Of a stretch of 64,000 nucleotides of DNA, positions 60,363-64,000 are shown in pieces; position 1 is the stretch's first letter, and every line of letters starts with the position of its first letter. The notes under the pieces were generated by a model that saw only the letters and a list, made by a program, of their open reading frames with translations, was not told where the DNA came from and ran no database searches. Source of the stretch: an uncultured Leptospirales bacterium (lineage in GTDB: Bacteria; Spirochaetota; UBA4802; UBA5550); assembly GCA_964534225.1 (NCBI GenBank), contig CAZHNW010000002.1, forward strand, positions 20,581 to 84,580, written 5' to 3'. The translations under genes were made by a program, and so were the position numbers.

Positions 60363-61064
60363 TTAACTTTTCTTTTCCCGCTCGAGCATCCAGCAGGCGA
60401 GGTCGTAATCGAGGGGTGTAGTCACCTTGATGTTGCGGGGGTCCCCGGGAACCTCCTGTACGTTTCCTCCCGCGGCAAGGACCATTGAGACATCATCGGT
60501 AAAGGCCGCCTCCGGGTTACGGCGGGCATGTTCATGGGCGCTTTTGATGAGATCATACCTGAAGGCCTGGGGGGTCTGGGTGTAGTAGAGATGCTCTCTT
60601 TCCGGGATGGCGGTCACTTTTCTGTCATGGATCTCGGTGATGGTGTCAGTGGCGGGAAGGTAAAGGCCGGCACCACCACCTGTTTCTGCCGCCTCGATGC
60701 AGGTTGATATCTTTTCAGGTGAGACAAAGGGGCGCGCCGCGTCATGGATGAGAATTATATCATCGGGTGAGAAGTCACGGGCGGTAAGCCCCCTGAAGGC
60801 GGATTGCTGCCGCGTGGCGCCCCCTTCAACGAGGCGGCAATCTTTTCGGGCAGGATACCGCTCAAGGATTTCCTTCATGGTTTCCATGTGAAAGGAAGGC
60901 ACCACAAGAATGAGGGCGGTGACTTCCTTCACCGCCTCGAAGCGGGCCATGGTTTCCCTGATGAGGGGACGTTCCCCCAGGGGAAGAAATTGTTTCGGCG
61001 CGGGGCCTCCCACGCGTGTTCCGGACCCGCCGGCGAGTATCAGTGCGTATACGTTTCTGGTCAT
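60363..61064 (-). CDS. ispD: 2-C-methyl-D-erythritol 4-phosphate cytidylyltransferase
   Basis: 233 aa. N-terminal ALILAGGSGTRVG nucleotide-binding motif and IspD fold profile. Confidence 0.85.
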   Translation of the reverse strand: MTRNVYALILAGGSGTRVGGPAPKQFLPLGERPLIRETMARFEAVKEVTALILVVPSFHMETMKEILERYPARKDCRLVEGGATRQQSAFRGLTARDFSPDDIILIHDAARPFVSPEKISTCIEAAETGGGAGLYLPATDTITEIHDRKVTAIPEREHLYYTQTPQAFRYDLIKSAHEHARRNPEAAFTDDVSMVLAAGGNVQEVPGDPRNIKVTTPLDYDLACWMLEREKKS

Positions 61065-61253
61065 GCTTTTACTTCCTTACATTATTCTCTTTTCATACTA
61101 TGACGGTGGCGTCAAGTTTTTCACGCCCGGAAGATAAAAAGGGGGCAATAATGAAAATTAATTACTTGCCATATGAGACCCCTTCGATAGAATATTCAAA
61201 ATTTTACCAGATACTAAAATACTTTTGCTTCTGACCGGCTGAGACAGAAATTA

Positions 61254-61874
61254 ATGATCCAGAGTGATTACTACATAGAGGCCCGTGACATCGCCCAGAA
61301 GTTCAGGCGCCGCACCCTTTTCAGGAATGTCACCCTTGCCCTGAAACAGGGAGAGGCCCTTGCCATTACCGGGCGTAACGGGGCGGGGAAGTCAACCCTG
61401 CTGCAGATACTGGCGGGGATCAGCCTTCCCACCAGGGGGCATGTGTCGCGGGGTGCGGGAGAGGAACTCCTCGAGTGGGATTCTTTTCGCCGCCTTCTCG
61501 GTTTTGTCAGTCCCCGGGTCAATCTCTACCGGGAATGTACCGGCATGGAAAACCTCGCCTTTGTCCTCGGTGACGCCGCGGCAGGGACTGAAACAAAGGA
61601 GCTCCTTGAGCTTTTTCGGCTTTCCGGGCACGAGAACAAGGCCCTTAAGACCTATTCCTCCGGCATGGCGCAGCGCCTCAAGCTGATTGCTGTGTTTGCA
61701 AAAAATCCCTCTTTTCTTTTTCTCGATGAACCGGGAACCAATCTCGACGCTGAGGGAAAGAAAACCCTGTATCATTATATCAATAAAGTGAAAAATAACC
61801 GGGTTCTTATCATCGCCACCAACGAGGCTGATGAAGCGGCACTCTGCGGGGAGGTGCTGAGCCTTGATGCGTGA
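61254..61874 (+). CDS. ccmA: heme-exporter ABC ATPase CcmA
   Basis: 206 aa. Walker A GRNGAGKST, signature YSSGMAQRL, Walker B FLFLDEP. Followed by ccmB-E. Confidence 0.75.
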   Translation: MIQSDYYIEARDIAQKFRRRTLFRNVTLALKQGEALAITGRNGAGKSTLLQILAGISLPTRGHVSRGAGEELLEWDSFRRLLGFVSPRVNLYRECTGMENLAFVLGDAAAGTETKELLELFRLSGHENKALKTYSSGMAQRLKLIAVFAKNPSFLFLDEPGTNLDAEGKKTLYHYINKVKNNRVLIIATNEADEAALCGEVLSLDA

Positions 61875-62526
61875 GATGATGAGAAACCTGCGCAAGGACC
61901 TGCGTATCGAGCTGCGGAGCCGCGGCGCCTTTACTGTCACCTTTGCCTTTGCCGGTATCACCACCCTTTCGGTGAGCATGGCCGCGGGGGGGCGCCCCTT
62001 TTCTTCCATGGTGTATGCCCTTCTCCTCTGGGTGATTCTTTTTTTCAGCGCCATGAACGGCCTGCTTCATATCTTTACCCGCGAAGAAGAAGAGGGAACA
62101 GCCCTTTTCCTTTCCCTCAACGCATCAGCAGAGGCGGTGTTCGGGGGGAAGTTGCTCTTCAACCTTCTTCTTTTCCTGGCCCTGGAGGCACTGGTTCTGC
62201 CCCTCTACCTTTTCTTTCTGCAGGTGCCGGTGGCCAATCTCCTGCTGCTGGTTCTGACCGTTATTGCCGGGGGATGTGCCATTGCCGGTTCGGTTACCCT
62301 TTTAGGCGCCATGGCGGCAAAGGCGGGGGGGAAGGGTGCCCTCTTTACGGTGATTTCTTTTCCCATCGTTTTGCCGGTGCTCTGGGTCTCTATTGCCACC
62401 ACGGTGGCGGCCCTGGAAAAGCCCTGGCCGGGGCCTGTATCGAACGTGGTTTTTTTACTTGCATTTTCAGGAGGCGTCATGGCCTTATCGTTTCTACTAT
62501 TCCATTTTATCTGGCATGACTCATGA
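61864..62526 (+). CDS. ccmB: heme-exporter membrane protein CcmB
   Basis: 220 aa, 6 TM. Overlaps ccmA end and ccmC start. Two G7 tracts (61986-61992, 62325-62331). Confidence 0.75.
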   Translation: MMREMMRNLRKDLRIELRSRGAFTVTFAFAGITTLSVSMAAGGRPFSSMVYALLLWVILFFSAMNGLLHIFTREEEEGTALFLSLNASAEAVFGGKLLFNLLLFLALEALVLPLYLFFLQVPVANLLLLVLTVIAGGCAIAGSVTLLGAMAAKAGGKGALFTVISFPIVLPVLWVSIATTVAALEKPWPGPVSNVVFLLAFSGGVMALSFLLFHFIWHDS

Positions 62527-63209
62527 TTATCTGCAGACTCGTCTATATCGTAATGCCCGTGGCCATATATCTCGCCATCATGTGGGCCCCTCCCGCGGCG
62601 ATTCTCGGTGAAACAAGCCGTATCGTTTATTTTCACGTTCCCGTTGCCTGGGGGGCTGTCCTTGCCTTTTCTGTTTCCGCCGTCTATTCCATTCTCTATC
62701 TCCGTGATGGCAACAGGCGGTGGGACCTTCTCGAGGAAAAGGCGGCCAATGCCGCAGGCATCGGCCTTCTCTTTACCATACTGGCCACGGTTACAGGTTC
62801 TCTCTGGGCAAAGATGAGCTGGGGAAGCTACTGGAACTGGGACCCCAGGGAGACATCCATTGCCTTTCTTTTATTGATCTATATCGCCTTTTTCAGTCTC
62901 CGGTCCCTTCTTCATGAACATCCCCGGAAGGGAAACATTACCGCCGTCTATCTCATTGTAGCCATGGTGACGGTTCCCTTTTTTGTTTTTATCGTGCCGC
63001 GTATCAGGGACTCCCTTCACCCCCAGACTGTTATCAACACCCGGCAGGGGATGCAGATGGAAATGGCCATGCGTATTGCACTGCTGGTCTCTGTGGCGGC
63101 CTTTAGCCTTCTCTTTTTCTATATCCTGGGCCTGCGCAACAGGATCAGCCTTCTTGAAAAAAGATATGACTACCATTGTGATGAAATCGAGATGAAGGAG
63201 AATACCTGA
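62523..63209 (+). CDS. ccmC: heme-exporter protein CcmC (WWD-domain heme handling protein)
   Basis: 228 aa. WWD motif WGSYWNWDPRE. Confidence 0.85.
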   Translation: MIICRLVYIVMPVAIYLAIMWAPPAAILGETSRIVYFHVPVAWGAVLAFSVSAVYSILYLRDGNRRWDLLEEKAANAAGIGLLFTILATVTGSLWAKMSWGSYWNWDPRETSIAFLLLIYIAFFSLRSLLHEHPRKGNITAVYLIVAMVTVPFFVFIVPRIRDSLHPQTVINTRQGMQMEMAMRIALLVSVAAFSLLFFYILGLRNRISLLEKRYDYHCDEIEMKENT

Positions 63210-63319
63210 TGTTTAAAATACTGCTGACCATCATGATCGTCTGGGTGGGGATCGCCCTGTATCTCTTTACCCTTGACCGGAAACTGCGCCGCCTTGAGAG
63301 GGAAATGGATGAACTCTAA
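63209..63319 (+). CDS. ccmD: CcmD-like small membrane protein (36 aa)
   Basis: ATG overlaps the ccmC stop (TGATG). MFKILLTIMIVWVGIALYLFTLDRKLRRLEREMDEL is a single TM plus charged tail. Overlaps the ccmE start. Below the track size cut-off. Confidence 0.5.
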   Translation: MFKILLTIMIVWVGIALYLFTLDRKLRRLEREMDEL

Positions 63320-63698
63320 GAGAATCTTACTTTTTGTTGCCGCCCTGTTGCTTCTTATCGGGGCTATCTTTGCCCTCAGTGACGATATGCTGAGTCCCTA
63401 TGTCTCCTTTGCGGAGGCGAAGAGTTCTGCGGGGAAGTACGTGCAGATCATCGGCCATATTGCTGATAAGGAGAAGGTACGTCAGGATGAAAAGGGCTAC
63501 TCCTTTGTTTTAAAAGAGAAAACGGGAGATACCCTCAGGGTGGACCACCGGGACATCAAGCCCCTGAATTTTGAGCATGCTGAACAGGTGGTGGTACTGG
63601 GGCGCTACCAGGGAAGAGATAATCTTTTTCACGCGGAGAAGGTCCTGGTGAAGTGTCCTTCGAAATATGAGAAAACAAACAACACATCGAAAAAATAA
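63309..63698 (+). CDS. ccmE: cytochrome c maturation heme chaperone CcmE, CxxxY variant
   Basis: Start MNSKRILLF (N-terminal anchor), OB-fold core. C-terminal motif is VKCPSKYE (Cys-x3-Tyr) instead of the canonical His-x3-Tyr. Confidence 0.75.
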   Translation: MNSKRILLFVAALLLLIGAIFALSDDMLSPYVSFAEAKSSAGKYVQIIGHIADKEKVRQDEKGYSFVLKEKTGDTLRVDHRDIKPLNFEHAEQVVVLGRYQGRDNLFHAEKVLVKCPSKYEKTNNTSKK

Positions 63699-63853
63699 AT
63701 CATAATCTTAACAGCCCCCTGTGGGGGGGTGGGGGGCCGGTTTCAGGGGCATTCTCCATAATCCAGAAAGATGAAATGTTACGATTTCCCGGTCTCCCCG
63801 GAAAGGGAGAGGGGAGACCTCTGCAATAAAAAATCAGTAAGGGAGAAACAACT

Positions 63854-64000
63854 ATGAGTATGGGAACAATCCTTCTCATCGCGGTACTGGCTCTGCTGGT
63901 ACTGGTGATGGTTTTTTTAACCCGCTCCGCTTCGGGCAATCAGTTCAGCCTCGTGACGGGACGGCAGATATATTACCTGACGACACTTCTTCTCTTCTTT
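63854..64000 (+). CDS. ccmF: probable CcmF N-terminus (partial, runs off the window)
   Basis: AAGGGAG SD then MSMGTILLIAVLALLVLVMVFLTRS... Hydrophobic N-terminus, in the position expected for ccmF after ccmE. Confidence 0.35.
   Translation, partial: MSMGTILLIAVLALLVLVMVFLTRSASGNQFSLVTGRQIYYLTTLLLFF

Noticed and set aside
63700-63939. 79-aa minus-strand ORF across the ccmE-ccmF spacer
   Set aside because: Runs antisense through the G-rich hairpin region and the ccmF start. Proline-rich artefact.

Overview
This window is the chromosomal replication-origin region of a Gram-negative-type bacterium, roughly 45% GC. The minus strand carries gyrA-gyrB-DUF721-recF-dnaN-dnaA co-directionally. A DnaA-box/AT-rich oriC lies between dnaA and a divergently oriented outer-membrane protein gene. 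The gene order dnaA-dnaN-recF-small DUF721 ORF-gyrB-gyrA, together with the abundance of lipoproteins, FecR-domain proteins, TPR outer-membrane proteins and class III cyclases, resembles Leptospira-like spirochaetes, but no taxonomic assignment can be made from sequence inspection alone. The rest of the window mixes housekeeping genes (ileS-lspA, aspartokinase, CBS-domain family II pyrophosphatase, xseAB, inositol monophosphatase, macro-domain protein, pyrF, queG, ispD, ccmABCDE plus the start of ccmF) with accessory or surface genes. The accessory set includes many lipoproteins, beta-barrel proteins, a membrane-bound GGDEF cyclase, a membrane-anchored AraC regulator, an adenylate cyclase, an XPB/Rad25-like helicase, a FemAB-like protein and GNAT/TetR genes. 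No rRNA, tRNA, CRISPR array, transposase or integrase was recognised. Several items deserve follow-up. (1) Two tandem, recently duplicated genes for secreted, very basic proteins share an N-terminal domain; one carries ankyrin repeats. (2) An 89-nt direct repeat (80% identical, no gaps) flanks the GGDEF gene. (3) An opposite-strand, frameshift-prone gene (A7 tract) sits inside the otherwise conserved dnaA-gyrA gene block. (4) There are three decayed or frameshifted genes: a HAD phosphatase, an SGNH hydrolase, and the inserted gene in (3). (5) A surface-signalling cluster (giant lipoprotein, FecR-domain protein, beta-barrel protein, class III cyclase) carries G7 tracts inside coding sequence. 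(6) The CcmE variant has a CxxxY motif instead of HxxxY, with a G-rich hairpin region before ccmF. All family calls rest on motifs read by eye; no database search was possible.
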